From a virus: a stretch of DNA of 46,804 bases. The notes under the pieces were generated by a model. That model was not told where the DNA came from, did no database searches, and was given only the letters and a program-made list of their open reading frames with translations. A program made the translations under genes and the position numbers. The DNA lies in IMG/VR virus record IMGVR_UViG_3300045284_000122, positions 1-46,804 of that record. One strand, written 5' to 3'. Shown piece after piece: positions 22,438-31,070 of the stretch (positions are counted from its first letter, which is position 1; the number at the start of each line of letters is the position of its first letter).

Positions 22438-25400
22438 ATGAGCGCGTTCAACCTCAAGCGCGTCGACGTCTTCCCGAACGGGACCTCCGTCGGCGCCTAT
22501 AAGAAGAGCAACTGGCCGGGCCCGGGGCAGCCCACCGGCGCCCCGCTCGGCTCGCCAGATGAGTCGCAGACGATGACCGCTGGCACTGCCGCCTTCGTCG
22601 CGCTCGGCTTCGACGTCTCCTACTGGGCAGTCGCCCAGGTGAACGGCGTCTACCGCTATATCGAGTTCATCGCCGGAGAGGACGGCGGCGGGGGAGGCGG
22701 GGGAGCGACGCTCGACACCGACCCGGATATGACGGCCAACAGCGACGCGGTCGCGCCGTCCCAGGCGGCCGTCGTTGCCTACGTCGCCTCTCACGGTGGC
22801 GATCCGCCGGCAGACGCCGCAACGGCCGTCAAGGGCGTTACCAAGCTCTCCACGGCGCCGGCGAGCGCGGCCAACCCGATCGCCGTCGGGACCAACGATC
22901 CGCGGCTGACGACGAACCCGGAGACGACCGACAACAAGGCGAACGGAGCTCTCGCCGACGACACGACGAAGTACCCGACGTCGCACGCTGTCAAGGGCTA
23001 TGTCGATACCGCGGTCGCCGGCAAGCAGGACTCAAGCTCGATCCTGACGACGCTCGCCGGCGCGAGCTCGGCCAACGCGACGGCCGTCGTCAACTTCACG
23101 GCCTTCGTGCGAACCCTGCTCGACGACGCCGATGCGACGACGGCCCGCTCCACCCTGCTCGCCGAGTACACCGGCAACAAGGACAACGGCGCCTTGGCCG
23201 ACGACACGACCAAGTACCCGACCTCTCACGCGGTCAAGACCTACGCCGACGCGGCCGTCGCGGTTCGCGATAACACCTTCAACAGTGGGCTCGCCCCGGT
23301 AATCACGGCTTACGGGCACTCGATCATGTACACGGGGAGCTCAGACAACACGCGAGGCATCGGGCACCGCGTCGCCTCCGTGCTCCACTCCGACGTGCAG
23401 AACATGGCGCACGGGTCGGGCATCCTGACGATCAACTCAGGCGGCGTCGGAATCTCGGGCGCCGGCGGCTGGGATCAGTGCTACAGGCGTACCAAGGGCA
23501 TCCCCGGGGCGAGTACGACCTGGAACGTCGGCCCGCCACGCCGGGGCCCGACGCTGATCTTCTTCGGCGTCAACGACATAGGGCTGATGCCCGGCTCGAC
23601 CGGCTCGAAGACGGTCGTCGACTTCCTCCAGTACCAACACGCGCTCAGAGCGGTCATCTCCCGCTTCCGCGCCTCCAACGTCTACGAGGACACCGACGCC
23701 GCAATCACCTTCCCCGACGGCGGCTACACGGCGGTCGACGACGGCGTCACGACGCAGCCGCTCCGAGCTTCCAACGGCACGCATTCCTACTGCACGGCGA
23801 CTGCCAAGAAGGCTCGCTTCACGACTCCCTCCAACTTCCAGGGTGGCACCGTGGCGATGGCTTTCCTATGCGACTCGCTTGGGGCCGGCGCGAGTTGGGA
23901 CATAAAGATCGATGGCGGGGCGACGGTCGCATCGGTCGACGCTCGAGCCGTGAACATCGTCACCGCGTCGAATCTGACCCCGACCGGCGAGCGGACGTCT
24001 GGCTCGGCGCTGCTCCAGCACGTTTCGTCTCTTACGGGTGTCCTCGTCGGCCAACTGCTCTCGGGCACTGGCATTCCGCTCGGCGCGCGAGTCGCGTCGA
24101 TCGACAGCTCGAACGGCGCCAACCTGAAAATCACCATGACGCTCAACGCGACGTCGGGCACGGCGACCTCGACGAACCTCACGATCAGCCCCAACTTTGA
24201 CCTTCCCGTGATCGCGCGAGTCACGGTCGCCTCCGGGTCGCACACGGTCGACGCGAACCCGACCGCGCTCGCCGGCGGCCGCGGCATCTTCGACTGCGCC
24301 TGGATCGAATCCGAGAACCCGCCCTACGTCGGCGTCTTCGAGCAGTACGACCCAATGGCCTCCTACAACCTGCACGACGTCGGGATTCTGAACACGGCGA
24401 GCGCCAACGTGGTCGCGGAGTTCAGCTCGGCCGTCGAGGTGATCGCGACGCAGGACGTGATCGCCGGCGACGCGAACCTGACCTCCGACGGCGTCATTCA
24501 CCTCAACGACCGGGGCGCTGCCGTGGTCGCCAAGCGCGCGATCGACCGCATCCTCACCTTCGGCTTCAGCCGCGACCAGCAAGCACGGATGGCGCACAAC
24601 TTCCCCTACCTCACCCGGCACCCCTCCGACTCAGCGCGCAACTACCTCCAGCCGGACCTTCCGAACGTCACGCCGCTGACCATTCAGCACTCCGCCTATC
24701 CGGACGCCCAGACGGCGAACCTGCTCACGTTCAGGGATATCGCCGGCACGCAAATCTCGGCGATCCTGGCCGACGGCTCGATCGTGCTCGGCACCGATAC
24801 GACCCTCTATCGCTCGGCCGCCAACGCGCTCAAGACCGACGGCTCATTCAGTGCGCTAGGCGGGATTACGGCTGCTTCGACCGACATCGGGACGGGCGCC
24901 GGCGCAGGGATCATTTCCGGCCAGGGGCTCACCAACTACGTCGCGATCGGCTACAAGGCCGCGTTCACTGCGGCGCCGGGGTTCTTCGTCGGCGATGCGA
25001 GCACCAACGCCGTTGATACCAACCTCTACCGCTCGGCAGTGAGCGAGTGGACGACGGACGACGCGCTCAAGGTGGCGCTCGACCTCACCGTGCGCTCAGG
25101 CTCCGCGTCGACGGCGCAGGCGCTCATCGGGACGATTGGGCCCAGCGCGGAGGCAGGAGTCAAGCTCGGGGGCGATACGCGCTGGTATCGCTCCGCCGCC
25201 GACACGATGGCGACGGACGATTACGTTGCGATTGCCGCGCCGGGCGTCGGAGCCCCCGCGCTCACGGTGACGACCGCCGGGATCAACAACGAAATCGGCC
25301 TCGCCGTGGTCGGCAACGGCACCGGCCACACGACCCAGTTCCTCCAGACGACGAACGTCGAGGCGCTCGACGCCGCCCTGGCCGTCTACAGCGACACGGC

Positions 25401-26025
25401 CGCGGCCAACCTGATCTTCAAGATTCTCGGCACCGGCGGGCGCCATCAGTGGGCGGACGGCGCTGGCGGAGCGGTCGATACCTACCTGGATCGGGCCGGG
25501 GCGAACATCCTCGGCGTCAACGCCGGCGGCGCTGCCTCTAAGAAGGCGACTCTGGGCGGCGCGATCTTCGATCACTTCGCCGACGTCGGCAACGTCGGCA
25601 CCGGAGAGGACGACCTCTATTCGGACTCGATCCCGGCGAGCACGCTCGGGACCAACGGCGCCAAGCTCACCTTTGTCTACCAGGGAAACACGGCCGCCCA
25701 CGCGACCAATACCCGGACCTTCAAGATGTACTTCGCCGGGACCCAAATCTTCACCACGACGGCGTTCGCGACCAGCGCCATCAACGCCTGGCGCATCTTC
25801 GGCGAGATTACGCGGGTGTCCGCCACGGTCGTTAGATACTCAGTGGGCTTCATGCGCGCGTCCGCGTCTGCCGCGTCCGCCGGCCAGCTACAGCAGGGCG
25901 AGCTCACCGGGCTAACGCTCTCCGGCGCCAACACCATGAAAATCACCGGCGAGATAAGCGCCGGCTCCAACAACGACATACTCGCCCAATCGGGGACGGT
26001 CTGGTACTCGCCGGCCGCCGTATAG
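22438..26025 (+). CDS. Large fibre or spike protein (1195 aa): shared N-terminal module, poly-Gly hinge, duplicated fibre repeat, SGNH/GDSL-type esterase domain and a C-terminal repeat region
   Basis: FPNGTSVGAY N-terminus; EDGGGGGG hinge; two copies of NK.NGALADDTTKYPTSHAVK.Y.D.AVA. SGNH blocks are ITAYGHSIMYTG (I), IFFGVNDIG (III) and DGVIHLNDRGAAVVA (V). The C-terminus has recurring LYRSAA..L.TD motifs. Confidence 0.7.
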   Translation: MSAFNLKRVDVFPNGTSVGAYKKSNWPGPGQPTGAPLGSPDESQTMTAGTAAFVALGFDVSYWAVAQVNGVYRYIEFIAGEDGGGGGGGATLDTDPDMTANSDAVAPSQAAVVAYVASHGGDPPADAATAVKGVTKLSTAPASAANPIAVGTNDPRLTTNPETTDNKANGALADDTTKYPTSHAVKGYVDTAVAGKQDSSSILTTLAGASSANATAVVNFTAFVRTLLDDADATTARSTLLAEYTGNKDNGALADDTTKYPTSHAVKTYADAAVAVRDNTFNSGLAPVITAYGHSIMYTGSSDNTRGIGHRVASVLHSDVQNMAHGSGILTINSGGVGISGAGGWDQCYRRTKGIPGASTTWNVGPPRRGPTLIFFGVNDIGLMPGSTGSKTVVDFLQYQHALRAVISRFRASNVYEDTDAAITFPDGGYTAVDDGVTTQPLRASNGTHSYCTATAKKARFTTPSNFQGGTVAMAFLCDSLGAGASWDIKIDGGATVASVDARAVNIVTASNLTPTGERTSGSALLQHVSSLTGVLVGQLLSGTGIPLGARVASIDSSNGANLKITMTLNATSGTATSTNLTISPNFDLPVIARVTVASGSHTVDANPTALAGGRGIFDCAWIESENPPYVGVFEQYDPMASYNLHDVGILNTASANVVAEFSSAVEVIATQDVIAGDANLTSDGVIHLNDRGAAVVAKRAIDRILTFGFSRDQQARMAHNFPYLTRHPSDSARNYLQPDLPNVTPLTIQHSAYPDAQTANLLTFRDIAGTQISAILADGSIVLGTDTTLYRSAANALKTDGSFSALGGITAASTDIGTGAGAGIISGQGLTNYVAIGYKAAFTAAPGFFVGDASTNAVDTNLYRSAVSEWTTDDALKVALDLTVRSGSASTAQALIGTIGPSAEAGVKLGGDTRWYRSAADTMATDDYVAIAAPGVGAPALTVTTAGINNEIGLAVVGNGTGHTTQFLQTTNVEALDAALAVYSDTAAANLIFKILGTGGRHQWADGAGGAVDTYLDRAGANILGVNAGGAASKKATLGGAIFDHFADVGNVGTGEDDLYSDSIPASTLGTNGAKLTFVYQGNTAAHATNTRTFKMYFAGTQIFTTTAFATSAINAWRIFGEITRVSATVVRYSVGFMRASASAASAGQLQQGELTGLTLSGANTMKITGEISAGSNNDILAQSGTVWYSPAAV
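22933..23268 (+). repeat. Intragenic duplication of a ~90-nt fibre repeat (copies begin at 22933 and 23176, 243 nt apart)
   Basis: NKANGALADDTTKYPTSHAVKGYVDTAVA compared with NKDNGALADDTTKYPTSHAVKTYADAAVA. Confidence 0.85.
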
Positions 26026-26035
26026 AAAGGACGCC

Positions 26036-26206
26036 ATGCCCAAAACAGTGAGAGTCACGTTCGACGTCGAGCTTCCCGACGACGACACCGCGGACGAGCG
26101 GCGCCAGGGGCTCGAGGACTTCATCAACAACGGGCTCCATGTCGCCGCCGCCGCGTTCGGCGGTAGCGTCGCTAAGAAGGCGGCGGCCAAAGAGGTGAAG
26201 AAGTGA
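26036..26206 (+). CDS. Small hypothetical protein (56 aa)
   Basis: GAAAGGA RBS and high GC3; below the ORF-track cutoff. Confidence 0.55.
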   Translation: MPKTVRVTFDVELPDDDTADERRQGLEDFINNGLHVAAAAFGGSVAKKAAAKEVKK

Positions 26207-26658
26207 AGGACACGGAACTCAGCGAGAAGACGATCGACGAGGGCGTGCTCGTCGCGGAACTCGCCGCCTGCCGCGAGAGCCACGAGACGGTGCTCCGGCT
26301 CGAGGCGAACCAGCGCCAGATCGAAGACGGGATCAAGCAGGCAAAGCTCGTCCACGAGAACCAGCTCGGCAGGGCGGGGATGGCCGCGCAGTTACTCGGC
26401 TACGAGTCGCTCGAGGCGGCCGCACAGGCGTTCGACGTGGCGGCGCAGGCCGCACAGGCAACAGAAGGAGGAGGCCCAAATGTTCAAAACGAAAAGTCGC
26501 CGAACCGCGCGCAAAGACGCAAAGCCGGCAAGGCGAAGCCCAAAACGCGCCCCCGTCGTGCTCGAGGCGCATCCGTTCGCGCCCGGCCAAACGGTGCAGG
26601 TCCATCCGGAGTGGGCGGTCGGGATCGAAAAGAACGAGCAGAGAGCGCCGGCTCCTAA
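26203..26658 (+). CDS. Hypothetical protein. The helical N-terminal two-thirds look coding; the Arg/Lys-rich tail overlaps the next gene.
   Basis: GTGA overlap start. The stop lies 179 nt inside 26480..26818. Confidence 0.45.
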   Translation: MKDTELSEKTIDEGVLVAELAACRESHETVLRLEANQRQIEDGIKQAKLVHENQLGRAGMAAQLLGYESLEAAAQAFDVAAQAAQATEGGGPNVQNEKSPNRAQRRKAGKAKPKTRPRRARGASVRARPNGAGPSGVGGRDRKERAESAGS

Positions 26659-26818
26659 GCCGATCGCGACGGTGAAGGTGGACAAGAACGGCACGCTCAG
26701 CTTCAAGAACCTCGACAGCGGCCGCTACGTCGTCTGCGCCGAGCTGGAAGAAGTCCAACACGCCCCGCACTCCCAGCCGTACCCGATCTGGAAGTACGTG
26801 GCGCTGAGCGTCAAGTAG
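26480..26818 (+). CDS. Hypothetical protein
   Basis: Very strong RBS GAAGGAGGAGG before ATG 26480. Confidence 0.65.
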   Translation: MFKTKSRRTARKDAKPARRSPKRAPVVLEAHPFAPGQTVQVHPEWAVGIEKNEQRAPAPKPIATVKVDKNGTLSFKNLDSGRYVVCAELEEVQHAPHSQPYPIWKYVALSVK

Positions 26819-26826
26819 GAGGAGCG

Positions 26827-27396
26827 ATGCCGACGAAAACAGTTCACGCGCCCAACTTCCCGGTCGGGACGTCTGTGAAGGCGTTCGGCTTTGAGGCGAC
26901 TCGGGTCGAGCGCGAGGAAGGCCGGGTGCCATTCGCGCCGATGGCCGCCGACGATGGCGTGATCGACGCCGATCACAACGTCGACATCACGGCGGCGGCG
27001 GGCGCCTACGCCCTGCTCGGCGTGGTCGACGAGGTGCAGAGCGTCAAGATCGACGCGACCGCCGGTCAGTTCAAGCTCACGTTCAGCGGCCAGCAGACCG
27101 CCAACATCGCCTTCAACGCGGCGGCGTCGGCGGTCCAGACCGCGCTCGAGGCGCTCTCGAACATCGACCCGGGTGACGTCTCGGTGAGCGGCGGGCCGGG
27201 CGACTCCGGCGGCACGACGCCCTACCTCGTCACCTTCTCGGGCCAGTACGCCGGGACCAACGTCGCGGCGCTCACGGGCGCCAACGGCACCACCCCGCTC
27301 TCCGGTGGCGGGGCGGCGATCACGATCACCACGTCAACCCAAGGGGCCGAGGGCACCTCGGGCGAGCTCCTATGGCTCGCGTTCACGATCGATTGA
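26827..27396 (+). CDS. Small virion protein with the shared N-terminal module plus a beta-rich domain. It may be a decoration or adaptor protein.
   Basis: FPVGTSVKAF N-terminus and a C-terminal GQFKLTFSGQQTANIAFNAAASAVQTALEALSNI...YLVTFSGQYAGTNV motif. It lies immediately before the scaffold and capsid genes. Confidence 0.5.
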   Translation: MPTKTVHAPNFPVGTSVKAFGFEATRVEREEGRVPFAPMAADDGVIDADHNVDITAAAGAYALLGVVDEVQSVKIDATAGQFKLTFSGQQTANIAFNAAASAVQTALEALSNIDPGDVSVSGGPGDSGGTTPYLVTFSGQYAGTNVAALTGANGTTPLSGGGAAITITTSTQGAEGTSGELLWLAFTID

Positions 27397-27633
27397 TTCC
27401 CACCTCCCGCACTCAGCCCTATCGGGCATCGGCCAGGCGCCGGCACACGCTGGCGGCGCAGGCGATGACGCGCGGGCGACCGGCCCTGATGCAGAACCCC
27501 GCGCACGCCCGCGCACGGGCGAACCGGCGGCGGCGTCGCTCCCGCGGCAATCGCGGGCGCCAACCCACCCCACTTCATCGCGTGCTCGGGGTTCGGGCTG
27601 CCGTCGGTGGAGGGCGGTAGGCTTCCACGCAAC

Positions 27634-27942
27634 ATGGCTGAGGAGAAACGCGAGATCCCGGAGGCGATGCACCTGGTCGGAGTCTGGACAGGCTCTGAGG
27701 CGATCGAAGCCGGTGACCAAGTGCGAGCCATGATGGAAACCCCGGGATGGAAGCGGTTCCTTGAGTCGATCGAGATTCGGCTCCGCTCAGAGCAGCGCAC
27801 GATGATGGTGTCGCCGCCGCGGACTCCCGAGGACAACGAGCGCACGATCGGCCGTTGGAACGGCCTCGCCTCGGTCCCCAAGCTGGCCGAGGGCATCGTG
27901 CGAAACGCAGAGAAGGCCGCGGCTGAGGCCCGCGCCGCATAG
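27634..27942 (+). CDS. Hypothetical head-module protein
   Basis: ATG 27634 inside ORF 27607..27942; the start is uncertain because no well-placed RBS is present. Confidence 0.55.
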   Translation: MAEEKREIPEAMHLVGVWTGSEAIEAGDQVRAMMETPGWKRFLESIEIRLRSEQRTMMVSPPRTPEDNERTIGRWNGLASVPKLAEGIVRNAEKAAAEARAA

Positions 27943-27951
27943 GAGGAATCC

Positions 27952-28722
27952 GTGGAAGCAAGCCCCGCTCAAGCCCCCGCCCAGCCCGAGCAGCCGGTAG
28001 AGCCCGCAGCGCCGGAGGCCGCGCCCCCGACGCCCCCCACGGGCCAGCCCGATCCAGCCCAGCCCCCCGAGGGCGCCGAGCAGCAGCCGGATGTCGGCCG
28101 GGAGCTCGCCGCGCTTCGCGAGACGACGCAACGGATCGAGCAGGAGATGGGACTCGGCCAGGAGCAGGCGCCGGGCGACCTCTACGAGAGCCTGACCGCG
28201 CCGCTCGAGAACCCCGAGATGCAGGGCCAGCCCGGACAGCCGGGGATGGAACAGGGCCAGCAGTTCGTCGACGAGCAGGGCAACCCGGTCGACCAGTACG
28301 GGAACCCGCTCCCGCCCGAGCAGCAGTTCGCCAACGAGGAGCACCAGCTCCGCCAACTCTTCCGCGAGGAGGCCGCGAACCTCCTCGTCCCCCAACTTCG
28401 CCGCCAGGAGCTGAACTCCTACGCGGAGAAGCACCCTGACATCCGCGACCCCGAGGTGTTCGAGGCTGTCACGGACAAGCTCGCCCCGATTGCAGAGGCT
28501 TATGGGCGCGAGGAATACACCAATCCACTCTTGGTGGATCTCGCATACAAAGCTGTGAAGGCGGAGGCTGCGGCCGCCGCCGAAACCCCGGCCGAGGCCC
28601 CGGGTCAGGGACCGACTCTCGAAACGGGCGCTGGACCAAGCGCGCCGCAAGGAGAGCCCGATCCCGCTGACCGTTACAAGCAGGCGGTCTTCGACCCGAA
28701 CAAGCCACAGAGCGTGTTCTGA
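27952..28722 (+). CDS. Scaffolding protein
   Basis: Acidic, low-complexity, helical protein rich in Q, E and P, directly upstream of the major capsid gene. RBS TAGGAGGAA. Confidence 0.65.
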   Translation: MEASPAQAPAQPEQPVEPAAPEAAPPTPPTGQPDPAQPPEGAEQQPDVGRELAALRETTQRIEQEMGLGQEQAPGDLYESLTAPLENPEMQGQPGQPGMEQGQQFVDEQGNPVDQYGNPLPPEQQFANEEHQLRQLFREEAANLLVPQLRRQELNSYAEKHPDIRDPEVFEAVTDKLAPIAEAYGREEYTNPLLVDLAYKAVKAEAAAAAETPAEAPGQGPTLETGAGPSAPQGEPDPADRYKQAVFDPNKPQSVF

Positions 28723-28751
28723 GGACTGCCCTGACCCGAAGGAGTTAGTCC

Positions 28752-29918
28752 ATGGCTGTCGTTACAGGACAACGACGCACGGACAACATTGCCTCGGTCC
28801 AGCGGTACATCGACGTCTCGCGGGAGATCATGCTCCTGGAGCCCGATGCCGCACCGCTGACGGTGATCCTGAGCCAGCTCAACAAGAGCAACGCGAAGGA
28901 CTCGCTGTTCAGCTGGACGAACGACGAACTGGAATCGCGCTTCGACGCCGTCAACAACGGCGCCGGCTACTCATCGGGCGCGACCTCAGTCGTCGTCGAT
29001 ACGGGCGAGTTGTTCGCCGCGGAGGACGTCGTCAAGGTCCCCCGCACCGGCGAGGTGATCTCGGTCACCTCGATCGCAGCCAACACGCTCACCGTGGAGC
29101 GGGGAGTCGGCGGCACGACCGCCGCGGCCCTGGTCGACAACGACCCGCTCTACATCATCGGAACGGCCGCAGAAGAGGGCGACACCTCCCAGGAGGCCCG
29201 CTCTCAGAACCCGGTCAAGGTCGACAACTACACGCAGATCTTCAAGCACTCGATCAAGGCATCGGGTACTGCGCTGTCGTCGTCGAACCAGACCAGCCCG
29301 CACGACTGGGTGCATCAGCACCGCAAGTCGATGATCGAGCACCTCAAGGACATCGAGCTCGCGTTGATCCTTGGTGCGCCCGGCACGCGGACTGGCGCCG
29401 ATGGAGGGCCTCGCCGGACGACCGGCGGCGTCCTCAATTTCGCCACGTCCAACAACCAGGACGCCGGCGGAACGCTCACCGAGGCCGAGTTCGAGCAGTT
29501 CATGCGGACGCTCTTCCGCTACGGCGCGAAGACCAAGACGCTGTTCGCATCTCGCCTCGTCGCGTCGGTGCTCAACCAGTACTCCGCGGGCAAGCTCAAC
29601 ACCTTCGTCGGTGCTGAGACGTACGGAGTGACGGTGAGCAAGTTCATGTCGATCCACGGAACCCTGAACCTGATCGTCCACGACCTTCTCGAAGGTGCCG
29701 TGTACGGCGGGTACGCGATTGCTCTCGACCTCCGCTCCGGAGGGAAGGAGTACAAGTACCTGAACGGTGACGGGCCCGGCGGGTCGCGCGACACGCACGT
29801 CGACCAGAACGTGCAGGTCCCGGACCGCGACGGTCAGCAGGATCAGATCCTGACCGAGTGTGGCCTGAAGCACGGCCTGCCGAAGACGGATGGCGTGCTG
29901 ACCGGCGTTACCGGATAA
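28752..29918 (+). CDS. Major capsid protein (HK97 fold, SU10/DUF5309-like)
   Basis: 388 aa with a GAAGGAG RBS. The N-terminal pattern ...LLEPDAAPLTVILSQL.K..AKDSLFSWTNDEL is typical of that capsid family (from memory). The position after the scaffold gene fits. Confidence 0.8.
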   Translation: MAVVTGQRRTDNIASVQRYIDVSREIMLLEPDAAPLTVILSQLNKSNAKDSLFSWTNDELESRFDAVNNGAGYSSGATSVVVDTGELFAAEDVVKVPRTGEVISVTSIAANTLTVERGVGGTTAAALVDNDPLYIIGTAAEEGDTSQEARSQNPVKVDNYTQIFKHSIKASGTALSSSNQTSPHDWVHQHRKSMIEHLKDIELALILGAPGTRTGADGGPRRTTGGVLNFATSNNQDAGGTLTEAEFEQFMRTLFRYGAKTKTLFASRLVASVLNQYSAGKLNTFVGAETYGVTVSKFMSIHGTLNLIVHDLLEGAVYGGYAIALDLRSGGKEYKYLNGDGPGGSRDTHVDQNVQVPDRDGQQDQILTECGLKHGLPKTDGVLTGVTG

Positions 29919-29923
29919 CCACC

Positions 29924-30442
29924 GTGTGTTCGGGGGTAGCAACGTCTGAGATCCCGCCTCGGCCCATTGGGTCGGGGCGGGTCTGGACGTTTCTCCGCCT
30001 CCGTGGGGAGAAGCATGGGCAATTCGCGCTCATCGACGCGGCCGATCACCCATGGGTCTCCCAGTACAAGTGGTATGCGACTAAGCGGGGCGATATCTCG
30101 CGGAACGGCTACGGCAGGGGCGGCCAGAGAATCGCGCTTCATCGAGAGTTGCTCGGGGATCCGATGGGCGAGATCGACCACGTCAATAGACGTCGCTGGG
30201 ACAACCGGCGATGCAACCTGCGTGTCGTGACACGGCATCAGCAGATGCAGAACCTTCCGTCGCACCGTGACGCCGGATCGCCTCACCGGGGCGTATCCCG
30301 CTGCGCCCAGACCGGCCGCTGGGCAGCGCGAGTCACGATCAATCGCAAGTCGCATTGGCTGGGCCGCTTCGATACCGAAGAGGCAGCAGCCGCAGCCGCG
30401 CAAGACTTCCGCGCTAAACACATGCCCTTTGCCGTCGATTAG
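29924..30442 (+). CDS. HNH endonuclease fused to an AP2 DNA-binding domain (homing-endonuclease-like), inside the structural operon
   Basis: GEIDHVNRRRWDNRRCNLRVVT..QQMQN is the HNH_3 part. GVSRCAQTGRWAARVTINRKSHWLGRFDTEEAAAAAA is the AP2 part. The first usable in-frame start is GTG 29924. Confidence 0.8.
   Translation: MCSGVATSEIPPRPIGSGRVWTFLRLRGEKHGQFALIDAADHPWVSQYKWYATKRGDISRNGYGRGGQRIALHRELLGDPMGEIDHVNRRRWDNRRCNLRVVTRHQQMQNLPSHRDAGSPHRGVSRCAQTGRWAARVTINRKSHWLGRFDTEEAAAAAAQDFRAKHMPFAVD
29953..29981 (+). terminator. Strong hairpin 35 nt after the capsid stop, lying inside the 5' end of the HNH-AP2 ORF
   Basis: cccgcctcggccc (29953-29965), loop att, gggtcggggcggg (29969-29981): a 13-bp stem with two G-U pairs, followed by tctggacgtttct. 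Confidence 0.5.
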
Positions 30443-30449
30443 GAGATCC

Positions 30450-31070
30450 ATGCCTACTGCAACTGCCCAACAGACCACCGTGTTCGTGTCGCCGTGTGGG
30501 AATCTTCGACTCACCTGGAAGCAGCCCGACTTCGAGAAGCGGGACATCAACGACCGGGTGATCCGCGAGGGAAAGAGGGGCGTGGCGGTCGAGTTCGAGG
30601 GCGGCCGGGCCGAGATCCGCGGCGAGACGGTCACCGAAGAGCGCACCGACCGCAGACCGCTCCTCGACCAAGCCAACCGCGTCGTGCTGGACCCCGAAAC
30701 CGGGGCGCCCGTCTACAACGAGGAGCCGGTCGAGGTAGAGGTGAGCCGCACCTACGTCAACGAGCACATGCTGGAGGACGTCGACTCCGAGGAGCTGCTC
30801 GCCTGGCTGCGTAAGCACTGGCTCTTCAACCGCCCCGGCAACAACGGCTTCTGGGAGGAGGGCGCTTCGCCCGACGAACCCAAGCCCACGACTTCAGATC
30901 AGATGACGGCGATCTCGCGGGCAGCGGCCATGCGAGACGTCGGCGCGGTCCGAAAGGTGCTTCTCACCGAGGAGGAGACGCACAATCGGCTGCCCATCCT
31001 GAACTCAGCTCGCGACACGATCGCGATGCTCGAGGAGATGGAGGACAAGCCGGATGCCCCTCCGGACTGA
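30450..31070 (+). CDS. Hypothetical virion protein
   Basis: TAGGAGATCC RBS before ATG 30450. Confidence 0.6.
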   Translation: MPTATAQQTTVFVSPCGNLRLTWKQPDFEKRDINDRVIREGKRGVAVEFEGGRAEIRGETVTEERTDRRPLLDQANRVVLDPETGAPVYNEEPVEVEVSRTYVNEHMLEDVDSEELLAWLRKHWLFNRPGNNGFWEEGASPDEPKPTTSDQMTAISRAAAMRDVGAVRKVLLTEEETHNRLPILNSARDTIAMLEEMEDKPDAPPD

